DNA of 63,991 nt, counting the filler, from Licmophora abbreviata (lineage: Eukaryota), in the NCBI GenBank assembly GCA_900291995.1. It is 40 parts of 40 records of this genome, joined end to end, with 100 filler letters (N's around TTAATTAATTAA, not from the genome) between each part and the next. Parts side by side here need not be neighbours in the genome. Positions count along the whole stretch, not along the records: positions 23,406 to 24,941 come from OLMU01006548.1; positions 25,042 to 26,572 come from OLMU01006549.1; positions 26,673 to 28,193 come from OLMU01006550.1; positions 28,294 to 29,796 come from OLMU01006551.1; positions 29,897 to 31,397 come from OLMU01006552.1; positions 31,498 to 32,997 come from OLMU01006553.1; positions 33,098 to 34,594 come from OLMU01006554.1; 33 more parts are not named here. The stretch is one strand, 5' to 3'. This document shows, piece by piece, positions 23,406-34,594 of the stretch. The notes beneath the pieces were generated by a model. The model searched no databases and was not told the origin of the DNA. It saw only the letters and a program-made list of their open reading frames with translations. Numbering within the stretch: the first letter of the stretch is position 1; every line of letters begins with the position of its first letter. A program made the position numbers and the translations under genes.

Positions 23406-24941
23406 CTGAAGACGTTTCGTGTCAGAATGTACAATGGTCATGAGTCGTGTCTGTGACGTTCCAGTCACGAACGACTTATTGGACTTAATGGACTCGGGAC
23501 TGAGCTCGGAATTGAGCTCCAACTCCCCCAACATTCGGAACACTAGGAAACTCGGACAGTATCAAAAGCCGCTGGAAGATAGTAGGTCCTGTAGCCTTAG
23601 TGGCTATGTCCGACTTGTTCACTTCAGACTTGCAATAGGTAATGTGGATGATTCTGGCCGCAACAGCTTCCTTTTGTTTGTCAACCTCAGTCGTAGCTAC
23701 TGAAGAGGCAGATGCCACAACGGTAACTAGTGCGGAGTAGTAGATAGCATTCAGTCAGTAGAGACTAACGATAGCTGATCTAAAATGAAGTCAGAATCAA
23801 AACCATGAACTACTAGAAGTTAGACTCTACTGATCAGAAATATGTTGGAGACGATGGACGATCCAAACGTGACCAAAGAGTCTCTGAACGCATCAATCAA
23901 GTGGGAGTAAAACATTGGGTTGTCCAGCGACCCAACCAAACACGTCCGTGGCAGGATGTTCTTTGGTCATGAGTCGTGTCTGTGACGAACCACGGACAAA
24001 CAACTCAGACGACTCCGGACTGAGCTCGGGATTGAGCGTCAACTCCCGGCATCCTGGACACTGCTAGGAAACTCGGACAAATTCAACAAACATTGAAAGG
24101 CAGTAGGTCCGCTGGCCTTGGTGGGAATATCAGACTTGTTCTCTTTGGACCTGCAGTGCTTGATACGCATAATACCAGCAGCGACAGCTTCCTGGATTCA
24201 GTGATATGCGATCGCGTTGTGACGCTTCGTGAGGGTCGAGCTAGGCAGGAGTGCGGTGTTGTTGGTTATCATACTACTCTGATTGTCGCCAAACAGCTGC
24301 CTGCATACCTTGGAGGACAGGGACTCCCAGCATGCAGAGACGGTACTGGAGGTCCATAGACATCTCAACTGCAATCCGTCCTGCAACAAGTTCTGAACCG
24401 TAGGTACACCACTCGACAATATTTCGTCGCTCGCTTGGAGTACCAAATAATTGGCTCTTGTTCAGATAGAGAATAACGTCAGTGGTGACCAAACGGTGAA
24501 GTATCTGCTGATCTTAACCGGATTGCCTTTCGGAGGAGGCATGTTTGGTGGCAGCTCCTCATCATGCGCGTCCGGGTAAAACAGGAACCAGCCAGTTGTA
24601 GTCTGGTCCAGTGTGTTCACTGTGAGCAGGGAGATGATCCGTGCCGTACACGTTCTCAACCTTGGAGTAACTCTTGAGGTAACCGAAGATTTGTTTCATT
24701 GCACAGATGTGACCCTCGCGAGTAGCGGGCCATAGTGAAGGCAGCGTGATGGACGTCAAAGCGGCCAAGTGTAACCAACCAATTCAAACTAGTACCAACC
24801 ATCATGCAATACTTGGAGACATCATTGCCAACCAGCAAGTCAGACTCGTCAATCTTGGGATAGTAGTCAGGCTCTTTGGGAGAATAGTACTGACGGAGGC
24901 GCCATTCCATGAGCTTCTTGGTACGATCAACCACATGTAGG
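23406..24941 (-). pseudogene. Degenerate Copia RT/RNase H with many frameshifts and a direct duplication (23436-23672 and 23965-24193)
   Basis: LNWLVTLGRFD, FYPDA.EELP.NMP.PKG, TYGSELVAGR, FGDNQS, KRHNAIAYH spread over several frames. Confidence 0.85.
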
Positions 24942-25072
24942 NNNNNNNNNNNNNNNNNNNNNNNNNNNNNNNNNNNNNNNNNNNNTTAATTAATTAANNN
25001 NNNNNNNNNNNNNNNNNNNNNNNNNNNNNNNNNNNNNNNNNGTGTTTTGTGGTCATGGGCAGCCCTTGTAAA

Positions 25073-25093
25073 ATGTATCACGTCGTGATACAT
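25073..25093. promoter_or_regulatory. Perfect palindrome ATGTATCACG-T-CGTGATACAT, likely HigA operator
   Basis: 10-1-10 inverted repeat directly upstream of the higB SD (GGAG) and ATG. Confidence 0.75.
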
Positions 25094-25099
25094 GGAGTC

Positions 25100-25381
25100 A
25101 TGATCATCAGTACCCGTGGAAAGCTTGCCGCTGGTGCGGTTCAAAACCGGTTCGGCAAGAGGTTTCCCGCGGATCTGGTCAAACGCACCCGGGCCATGTT
25201 TTCGGCACTCGACGCAGCCGTGGTGCTTGAGGATTTACGCTTTCCGCCGGGTAATCATCTCGAAGCCCTGAGCGGAGATCGCGCAGGACAACATTCGGTG
25301 CGCCTCAACGGACAATGGCGCATCTGTTTCATCTGGACCGATCAAGGCCCCGCAGAGGTCGAGATCGTGGACTATCACTAG
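25100..25381 (+). CDS. higB: HigB/RelE-family toxin
   Basis: LDAA..LEDLRFPPGNHLEAL.GDR.GQHSVR.NGQWRICF.W....EVEIVDYH. Confidence 0.95.
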   Translation: MIISTRGKLAAGAVQNRFGKRFPADLVKRTRAMFSALDAAVVLEDLRFPPGNHLEALSGDRAGQHSVRLNGQWRICFIWTDQGPAEVEIVDYH

Positions 25382-25392
25382 GAGGGCCGACC

Positions 25393-25683
25393 ATGAGCTT
25401 GCTGACCACCCCCTCGCATCCAGGCGAAGTTTTGGCTGAGCTTTATCTCGTGCCGCTTGAGATGAGTGCCATCACATTGGCGACTCGTCTGGGCGTGCCA
25501 CGCACGCGCATCGAGCGGCTGATCAAGGGTGAAACGGCGGTAACTGTCGATACCGCGATGCGCTTGGCGCGCTTTTTTGGCACGACACCGGAATATTGGA
25601 TGAACCTGCAGCGTGCCTGGGATCTTGCGCGAGCCCGCGAGACCATGGATCTGTCACATATCACCCCCTTTGAAGCCGCGTGA
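25393..25683 (+). CDS. higA: HigA HTH antitoxin
   Basis: HPGEVL, TAMRLARFFGTTPEYWMNLQ; toxin-first gene order. Confidence 0.95.
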   Translation: MSLLTTPSHPGEVLAELYLVPLEMSAITLATRLGVPRTRIERLIKGETAVTVDTAMRLARFFGTTPEYWMNLQRAWDLARARETMDLSHITPFEAA

Positions 25684-26001
25684 GCTGATCTCGTCGTTGA
25701 TCTTCCGCACCATCACCGCCTCGATGGGCGGCAGAAGTTCTGCGATGATGCGGAGCGTCAGTCCGAGGGCTGCCCCAAGCCGTAGGGCCGCGCCCATATC
25801 CCAGCCGATGACAGCGCCGCCTTGTCCGCCAGCTACCACCCGAACCTGCCCTCCAAGCCGCTGCACCAGATCCCAGATCTGCCAGCCTTCCACCGTTTGC
25901 GGTGCGTGAAGGCTGCGCGGGCATTCCGCACAAACAGATGGACACGCGCTGCAATACTCACCGCCCCCGCCGAACTCCCAGTCGGCGAGAGCGGTCAGGC
26001 G
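25654..26001 (-). CDS. Phage tail assembly chaperone extension (gpT-like), reached by -1 frameshift
   Basis: The -1 frame is open from the slippery site: KRLTALADWEFGGGGEYCSACPSVCAECP...EGWQIWDLVQRLGGQ. Confidence 0.8.
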   Translation of the reverse strand, partial: RLTALADWEFGGGGEYCSACPSVCAECPRSLHAPQTVEGWQIWDLVQRLGGQVRVVAGGQGGAVIGWDMGAALRLGAALGLTLRIIAELLPPIEAVMVRKINDEISSRGFKGGDM

Positions 26002-26375
26002 TTTTTTTCCTGCTCCAAGATAAGCGCCCCGGCGATGTACTTGGTCTGGAAGGCCTCAAATATCGGCCAGGTGTCCAGAAGCGCGTCGATGCCGTCAGGT
26101 GTAGGCTTGATGGGCTTTCCATCCGCATCGCCAACCCCCTCCCAGTCCTTGACCACGATGCGCGCCACGGCCTTGGCCACGATGACGGCGATCTGATCGT
26201 CGCGACCAGGATCGGTGGCCCCATCAAGGTCCGCGACGTCGCCAGCGATCACCCTCACGGCCGGATCACTGCGCGCCGCCATCATCACGGCCGTGGACAA
26301 AGGCTCGACCAGAAGGCGCACGCCATGACCAAGATCGAGCCAGCTTGGTTCATTGGATAAGGTCAAACGCAGCAT
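25995..26375 (-). CDS. Phage tail assembly chaperone (gpG-like)
   Basis: MLRLTL...DWEGVGDADG.P...EQEKNA; TAATG coupling to the tail tube gene. Confidence 0.85.
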   Translation of the reverse strand: MLRLTLSNEPSWLDLGHGVRLLVEPLSTAVMMAARSDPAVRVIAGDVADLDGATDPGRDDQIAVIVAKAVARIVVKDWEGVGDADGKPIKPTPDGIDALLDTWPIFEAFQTKYIAGALILEQEKNA

Positions 26376-26572
26376 TAATATGTCTCCCGATCGTTGACGA
26401 GTGTGACGGTACACATGCGCCCCACATTGGGGTCGCTTGCGGCCTGCCAATCGAATGTTGCTTGCACCCCTTGCGGCCCAGAGATCTCGACACGCGGCCG
26501 CGGCAGATACACCGCATGGGCCGTCAGTGTCAGGCTTTGGCCCGTGGGAAGCGAATAGGAGAACTCCAACGC
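26375..26572 (-). CDS. Phage tail tube protein C-terminus (continues 58227-58970)
   Basis: ALEFSY...VYLPRPR.EISGPQGVQATFDWQAA. Confidence 0.85.
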   Translation of the reverse strand, partial: ALEFSYSLPTGQSLTLTAHAVYLPRPRVEISGPQGVQATFDWQAASDPNVGRMCTVTLVNDRETY

Positions 26573-26698
26573 NNNNNNNNNNNNNNNNNNNNNNNNNNNN
26601 NNNNNNNNNNNNNNNNTTAATTAATTAANNNNNNNNNNNNNNNNNNNNNNNNNNNNNNNNNNNNNNNNNNNNAGGTTCGATTTCTGCCTCTGATAAAA

Positions 26699-27323
26699 AT
26701 GAAATACTTAACAGATTATAAAAAATCAGCAATTGATTACTATAAAAAAGTTAGAAATTATGTAATGGTTTGTAAGGCTTTTGGTTGCAGTTGTTCCTCT
26801 TTGACACGCTGGGTTAATTAAGATAAATTTAATAATAATTTTTTCAACAAGAAGAAAGTAAAATATGGGGGTTATAAAATAAAAAAAATTCACATTGATT
26901 ATATTAATAAATGTTTATTAGAAAATAAAACGATTACTATAAAACAGTTAAAAGGATATTTAATGTTAAAATTTTCTTTAAATATTTCACAATCGCATTT
27001 AAGTCGTGTTAGTAAAAAAAATAAGTTTTTGTTAGAACAAAAGTAAATTAACTATTTTAGATAATGCAAGTTGTCATTGAACAGAAATAGTTAAAGATTT
27101 GATACAATTGAATAATAGCTTATTATATACAATTCCATATAATCATCGAACACAAGCTATTGAAGGTTTTTTCAATGTGTTAAAAAGTAAGCTTGCAAAA
27201 AAGAAAGGTTTTACTTATAAAGAATTGTGTGAAAATACTGTGAATGTTTTGAAGGAAATTCCTGAAAAAACGAATCAAAATTTAATTTGGGGTTGCTATT
27301 TTAAGCCTTATAAAAATAATTAA
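26699..27323 (+). pseudogene. IS630/Tc1-mariner-like transposase remnant in very AT-rich DNA
   Basis: DYKKSAIDYY...CKAFGCS.SSLTRWV HTH; LDNASCH* ...LLYTIPYN...AIEGFFNVLK DDE segment; internal stops and deletion. Confidence 0.75.
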
Positions 27324-27336
27324 AGTGTGTCATACA

Positions 27337-27619
27337 AAATGAGAATTGTCTTAAACATCTTCTATGTGATCCTACGCCTAAAAGATTAGCTATGGGCGGC
27401 TTAATTTCTTTACTCGAAGCTTACTACACCCCCGATGTTGAATTAAGTCAGAAGTTTAAAAGTTTCGTAAAAAATAAAAAACTCTCGAAAAAAAAGGGTG
27501 TGTCAGAACTTTAAGCTTTTTTCAAAGAAAATCCATTAGATTTCCTAAACACCCTAACATTTTATATTTTTTTAATCTCCATGTGGAAATTTTAAAAGCT
27601 TTTAAGACAATTCTCATTT
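27337..27619. repeat. Perfect 19-bp inverted repeat AAATGAGAATTGTCTTAAA (27337-27355 and 27601-27619), probable transposon TIRs
   Basis: Exact reverse complement; first copy lies just after the transposase stop. Confidence 0.8.
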
Positions 27620-27845
27620 CAAATAAAAAAATAATACTTGAAGTTGAAACGAACTTAAGAGTTAATTAATAAGTGTTACCATTCTTGAAGATAAATAGTT
27701 TTTGTGACTATTTTGGTTTATTGTTAAATAAAACAATATGCTTGGTTAGCATTATAAATACATAACCGAAACAGAAAAACATTAATGTTTTTTCTATCAG
27801 TGATGAAAAAGATAGAAAAAAAAAACCGCAGTTTTTTTAGATAAA

Positions 27846-28193
27846 ATGTCTCACCCATATTCAATAATCCTACGTAATCACAAAAATATTTTTGAGTGGT
27901 TGCTTAGCAGTCCTTTAATTATAGGATTGATATCCTTCGGATTAAACAATCCGACGCTTAATTCACACACCATTTTCGTTTTGAAGTACACGTTTTTAAC
28001 ACTATCTGTGTTAACGTGTCTATTGTTTATTTTCTTATCCATCAGACTTACGGGTAAGCATATCAGAAACTATAAAAAAGATGATATTGTAGGTTTAAAA
28101 AACCAACGTAAAAACATCTTTCCAATAGTTTTAAGTAAAAAAGCAGTTTTCTGTTTATTAACTTCTTTTTTATTAGCAGGCTTTTTTTTTAAA
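27846..28193 (+). CDS. Hypothetical membrane protein, AT-rich, 3' truncated
   Basis: Open frame with 2-3 hydrophobic segments; no recognisable motif. Confidence 0.35.
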
Positions 28194-28293
28194 NNNNNNN
28201 NNNNNNNNNNNNNNNNNNNNNNNNNNNNNNNNNNNNNTTAATTAATTAANNNNNNNNNNNNNNNNNNNNNNNNNNNNNNNNNNNNNNNNNNNN

Positions 28294-29796
28294 CGGTGAT
28301 GATGCACGATTGTGTCAAGTGTTTCATCCCGTAGAAGAAAAAATATCGGGTGGTGCGATCGACAAACATCAACGTGTAACGTACACCACCAATCGCAGTA
28401 ACGTCACCATAGCCAATGTCCATATGGACAACATCCAAAAATTTGTTGGGACGGGGCACAGCAGTCGTATTACGACAGTCCTTCGTCTTGTTGGCCAATT
28501 TACCAATTTCCAAAGGAGTTTCGGCCCCAGAAATGACTTGAACTGACCCACTACCTGTTTCCTCAAGGCTCGACCATTGCTTTAGGGTTCGAAAACCCAA
28601 GTACTGATGGAGTTGTTGACCCGTAAGGCGACGGTGTGCGGTCGTCGTCGAAGAGGGTCGGTAGTATGGCATGGGCATGAGACGGTTATCGGAAGGTGAA
28701 GAGGTAGCAGGCGGCGATGTCGACTCATCACGCACTGGCGACTGGGATTCCTCAACAGACGCGGAATCCGTTGTCGAATCGACCGGGTGCAGTGGGGAAT
28801 TCAACATTCGACGACGACGAGCCGCTCTGGTCTCCATTTGAGGGCTGTTGACGGACCCGGTGACCATATTGGAAGACATGGTAGAGGTCGTGGTATCAAA
28901 GTTTGTAACCGTAGAATCCGGATCTGGCGAAGGCTTTGGGAACTTGTTCTCGGATGGGATCGTAGATGATACATCCACATAATCAAACTCATGTAGGGGA
29001 ATTGAAGTTGGTGATGTCACACGTTCAGTTGGTAGTAGACAATCAGTAGAATCATCAACATCCAAACGGAAGGTAGGAAATGTCAAGATACAATTCGAAT
29101 TGTCAGCGATGAAGGAACATCCAGGTTGACGGCGATGTTTGCGAACCGAAAATAATGGAGAACGGAGACCAGGAACGTGAAGAGCATCATTGACTTGGAT
29201 GAGTCTAGATCCAGAACGGAAAACCCAAGTACCAATACCGCATACAGGCAACGTACCACCGGTGTCGGCTAGGTTCACATGGTGTGACCCAGCCGGAAAA
29301 GTTGTATAATCGCGGAACTCACGCCGTAGAGGCACCATGTGATGAGTTGATCCGCTGTCGACCACCACCGATGAATAGCCAGTTGTATCTGTCGTCGATG
29401 GAACCGAGACGGCATCAACGCATCCCAAACAAATACTAGACGTTGGAGGAGAAACGGAAGGAAATGAACCAACGGTGTTCTCGACTGAATCGACTAAAGT
29501 GGAGTTATCAACTGTAAGATCTATGTTCGCAGCATGGGTCCCAGGATCCTCCGTGTCGAGTCGTATGTCACTATCATCCGCATTCCATGGCTCAACTAAA
29601 TCCTCATCCTGTAAAGGAGAGAATCTGTTAGTGGAACAAGGTGATGTGACAGTAGACGGCGAACACGGAGACTCGCTGGGACGCTGTCGAGACACAGTCT
29701 TAGCAGGAGAGAGCCACTTGCCTTGGTGATCCTTCATGGGTGCACTATCCTCAGGAGGAGGAGACGTCGAAGTCGCCGACGCCACACGTGCAGCCC
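28294..29796 (-). mobile_element. Copia polyprotein fragment (protease to integrase start)
   Basis: VVDSGSTHHM, LHVPGL..PLFSV, LH..LG, VHMDIGYG...Y.LMFVDR.TRY; protease-integrase order. Confidence 0.9.
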
Positions 29797-29896
29797 NNNN
29801 NNNNNNNNNNNNNNNNNNNNNNNNNNNNNNNNNNNNNNNNTTAATTAATTAANNNNNNNNNNNNNNNNNNNNNNNNNNNNNNNNNNNNNNNNNNNN

Positions 29897-31260
29897 ACCC
29901 ATCCAACAAGAAGATACAAGACGCAGCATGCTGACAACACCAACAGCAAACTGCCAGCCACATGATTCAGTCGCCTTGCCATGTCTGACTGCACAGTTTC
30001 AGAAACTATTGATTTGAGCCCAAACATGCGTAACACTTTGCTCGGTTCCGCCATTCCTTCCGTGCTGAAAAGGACATCATCGGAGATGACTACCCGCTGC
30101 GTCCAGGATGTCGAAGCACCCGGTTCAAGGTGAATTAGGAGCTGCGGTTCTGGGGACAGGGTGCTCTTCTCCATGTACAAATTAAACCCGTACATGGATA
30201 TGCCACTGGGTGGATTTGGCTGCTGCGGCTGAGGCTGTACCAGTTGGGGAAAGTCCACCTCGAGAGACAACCCACAACCGTGCAAGGTGAAAGCCCCCGT
30301 CGATTGCTCATCCCTATGAAACTCAGCCTTGATCCTTGTTCCTAGATCCACAGGACGTTCCATTGACACAGAAACAGTGTTGGCTTCGGGCAGAGACTTT
30401 ACTTTGGCGTAGTTCCTCAGCGGCTTTGACCACCCAAACATAACACCGGGTTCATCGTACATGGGCAGTTTGGATTCCTTTAGGCCCAAATCCACTTGGT
30501 ATGTCGGTCCAATTGGGACAGCATCGCAAGTGAAGAAGTTGTGGGAGTACCACGATGTCGAAAAAGAATCCTTTCCAAGATTTGTCAGTGACGACGTGAC
30601 GCTGAGTTCATTATCCTTCAGCGTTATCGTCCGTACAAGATGATACCCATAAGAATTCAAACGGGCTTCGTGCTCCAACACCACCTGCTGCGAGGAGACT
30701 GATTTCAACTTCCAAGACGGAGGCTTGGCATACTCGTACGGACTGTTGAACTTGTAGTCCATGGCACTGTCGCACTCTGGGCAAGACGACTTCATGAGCT
30801 CCCCGACCCCAATCTTAAGAAAAGATTGACCGGGGAGAGCTTCTTTGTAGCCTAGCAAGCCATTAGTAACATCGTCTATACCATACCAGCCGCATCGATA
30901 ATCACAATTTGCACCGTTGTCGCCCACACCGAACTCGGCTGCCAGTCCAACACCCGATTCAGGCCATTGAGGATTGTGCGGAACTCTCCAGAGCTCCGTT
31001 CCGTACAGCTCATGCGCCTCCGTCTTTCCTGTTCCCAACTTAGACACGACATGTGACACCCGCCGTATAGACCCGATCATAGACCCATGATCAAATCGCG
31101 TCGATTCATAGAAAGTGTCCCCGTCTCCGTCGATACCAGCTGGAAGATACACAGTAACTTCCAGATCGCCGCCCAGGGAGCTCAAAGTCACATTTGTGAA
31201 ATATGCCTTGACAGAGTTAGCAGCGGCACTCCAGAACACTAATCTGAGAAGTTTTTTCAT
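29897..31260 (-). CDS. Secreted/membrane protein with probable galactose-mutarotase-like beta-sandwich, 3' truncated
   Basis: Signal peptide; FYESTRFD, FLKIGVGEL, LTNLG.....WYSHNFF, SPEP; C-terminal TM. Confidence 0.55.
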
Positions 31261-31497
31261 GACGAAGCGCTTGAACTGGACCTTTGGGATGGTCTTCGAC
31301 AGTATGGGTGGTGTGGTGGTGTGCCGTCGCAGCCCTTCGTTCATCTCTCATCTCAGATATCTTTTTTGTGAAAAAGAAGCCACAGCCACTGTTCGGANNN
31401 NNNNNNNNNNNNNNNNNNNNNNNNNNNNNNNNNNNNNNNNNTTAATTAATTAANNNNNNNNNNNNNNNNNNNNNNNNNNNNNNNNNNNNNNNNNNNN

Positions 31498-32997
31498 TGC
31501 TGCTTATACGCCAAGCGGGGTCGGGCAACGCCAGGTGCCAGAGAGGAACCCCTCAATGAACCCGGCATTCGCGCCGTTCTCTGCTCTGAATCTTCGGATT
31601 GTCGATGTGTTGAGCCGGGCCGGCTCAGGTAATCGCCCTCCCCGTCCCGCAGGCGGTTCAGAAGTGTGCCTCTCTTACCATGTCAAAGGGATGTGCAACT
31701 CGGACTGTCGCCGGCGCGCGGACCATCGGGTGCATACCGCCGAGGAGGACACCGCGCTTTTGGAGTGGTGCCAGCAGTGGTATGTGCCACCGCCGCCTTC
31801 CTAGGAGGGAGGCGGGAGGGGACTGGGCTTACCTATTGCTCAGCCTCCTCTGACGCCGCCCCCTGTACCGGCTCCGCCATCGACGCTCACGAATACACGA
31901 AAACGAAACCACGCATCGATGAAACAGGGCTCTCAGGAGGCAGAGATACCAATTAATTCTCTACGTAAGTACATGTTGCAGGACTCACACCTAATTTCTA
32001 GTCACGGCTGGAAAGGGTTCGTCCAGCAGCGTCAGGGGATCGGCGACATGGGGTCACTCAACATCGACCACCCAGCCAAGCATCTCCTACACCATCTCTC
32101 CGCCACGGGGGCACCAGTGCTCTTCACCACGCCTCCCTGGGATCCACATCGAATACACGCAGCCGCCCTACGCGGCCCCCATCACTCGGCCATTGAACAC
32201 GAAGAGTTCCTTCGTCAAGAAATGGTCGAGATGATACTACGAAACCAATGGGTGGTGCTACCGTTCGAGACGGTAAAGGCACTACCAGGGCTCCGACTCA
32301 GCCCCATCGGAGTTGTTCCACAGCGAGATCGTCGCCCACGGACGATTGTCGACTACACTTTCCACGGCGTCAACGACGAGACCGTCCCGTTAGCCCCAGC
32401 CGAAGCCATGCGCTTTGGGCAGGCTTTCCAGCGGCTCCTAGTTGACATTGTCAACGCCGATCCTAGGCATGGGCCAGTGCACCTATGCAAGATCGACATC
32501 TCCGACGGCTTCTACCGAATTAAGCTGCGAGCCGACGATATCCCGAAGTTGGGAGTGAGCTTTCCCTCAGAGGTGGCAGGCGAACATGTTGTGGCCTTCC
32601 CCCTTGTCTTACCTATGGGATGGGTGAGCTCACCACCTTACTTTTGTGCCGCTACGGAAACAGTAGCGGACGTCACCAATCGCCGTATCCAGCGGGGGTA
32701 CCGTCCGCCCTCCCATCCGTTGGACCGTCTAGCGGACTCACCGCCCGCCGAACCGCTACCTATGCCAGTGGCCGAGCACATAGCACCAACCGTCCCTCTC
32801 CCTTCAGAGCCAGCGCCTGCAACACGTAACAGGCGTCGCCCCCTGGGGAAGTTTGAAGTGTACATTGACGATTTTTGTGGCTTGGCGCAAGGCGGGCGCA
32901 AGCGCCGTCGGCGAGTACGGCGCACGCTTTTTCACACACTCGACCAAGTCTTCCGGCCTCTATCCCCGGGTGACCCGCCGACACGTCAGGAGCCTAT
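31498..32997 (+). mobile_element. DIRS-order retrotransposon fragment B: gag end (stop 31802-31804) and RT
   Basis: CLSYHVKGMCNSDCRRRADH finger; RLSPIGVVPQ, KIDISDGFY, LPMGWVSSP, YIDD; homologous to 16824-18371. Confidence 0.9.
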
Positions 32998-33097
32998 NNN
33001 NNNNNNNNNNNNNNNNNNNNNNNNNNNNNNNNNNNNNNNNNTTAATTAATTAANNNNNNNNNNNNNNNNNNNNNNNNNNNNNNNNNNNNNNNNNNNN

Positions 33098-34594
33098 TCC
33101 AGCGCGACATGGTCCCCACGCTGAGTCGGCACTCGTCCCAGACCTACTTTTTGCCAGGCTTGTTCGATCGCATCCATACCGTGTTCCAGAATCGGCATGA
33201 TCTCGTATCGTTATCTCCGGAGCAAGTGAGACTGATCGAACGCATTCATATGGACTTTACCCGCGCAGGTGCACAGTTTGATGCAGCAACGCAGGAAGAG
33301 TATGCCGATATCAAGGCGCAACTGGCGACGCTCCAGACGGAGTTTCAGCAAAATGTGATGAAAGACGAGGAGCTGTATGAGCTAGTATTGAAACAAGAAG
33401 ATTTGGTGGGATGCCCCGCGTCGCTCGTGGAGGCGGCCAAGCAAGTCGCGACCGATCGCAAGAAGCAAGACGACGAGTACGTCATTACGTTATCACGATC
33501 TTTGATTGAGCCATTTTTGACCTTTTGCGATCGTCGCGACCTGCGTGAGACTGCCTGGCTTGCTTGGACGCAACAGCGCGGAGAATCACTGGATCCGAGT
33601 CGCAACAACATTCCCATTTCGCACGAGATGCTAAAGTTGCGCCAACGGCAAGCGAACCTGCACGGATACAAGACGTTTGCCGAATACCAATGTGTAGATC
33701 GCATGGCGAAGACGCCGGAAAACGTCATGGAATTGTTGGAAAATGTATGGGAGCGGGCCAAGGAATCGGCGAATCGGGAGCGCCAGGCACTCGAAGACTA
33801 TGTCAAGGAACAGGAAGGAGAGCTGGAAGGTGGTATCGAGCCGTGGGATTGGCGGTACTACGCGGAGAAGGTGCGCCAACAGAAGTATGACTTTGACGAG
33901 TCACTCCTCAAGCCATACCTGTCTCTGGATCAGGTCACGGAAGCCGTCATGGCCGTGTCGAATCAGCTATTCGGATTGAACTACGTCAAGCGGCCCGATA
34001 TTGAGAGTTATCATCCCGACGTGGACACGTACGAGGTGCGCGAAAACCTACCGGACGGGACCGACAAGCTTGTGGCAATTTTCATTCACGACAATTATGC
34101 CAGGCCTTTCAAGTCGAGTGGTGCGTGGATGAGCGAATATCGATCACAGACTAAGAATCTTCCAGCGGGAGCTGACCCTGTCGAGGGGGTGCCGATCGTC
34201 AGCAACAACAACAACTTTGCCAAGGGCAAGAACACGCTCTTGTCTTTTGATGATGCTAGTACGCTGTTTCATGAAAAAGGTAGGCACCGGGGCACTAGTT
34301 TCGAATAACCGGTTTGGAATCGACAATAGGTTGATACTCACTGGGTCTTTTGTCTTTTCTCTAACACGTCAGGACACGGACTTCATGGAATTTTGTCCGA
34401 TGCCACGTACGGTCGACTGGCATCGACTAACGTCATGACGGACTTTGTGGAGCTGCCGTCGCAATTGATGGAGCACTGGCTAGAGCAACCAGAAGTGCTC
34501 AAGAAGTACGCGAGACACTACCAGAATGACAATCCCGTACCGGACGAACTTCTGGCCAAGCTCAAGGCTGCTAAGTTATTCAATCAAGGCTTTG
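33098..34594 (+). CDS. Peptidase M3 (Dcp-like) central part, intron 34280-34372
   Basis: PWDWRYYAEK, K.SGAWM, spliced FHEKGHGLH (HExxH), DFVELPSQLME. Confidence 0.92.

Noticed and set aside
34270..34380. Apparent loss of the HExxH motif in the M3 peptidase (ORF reads HEKGR)
   Set aside because: Splicing intron 34280-34372 restores HEKGH.
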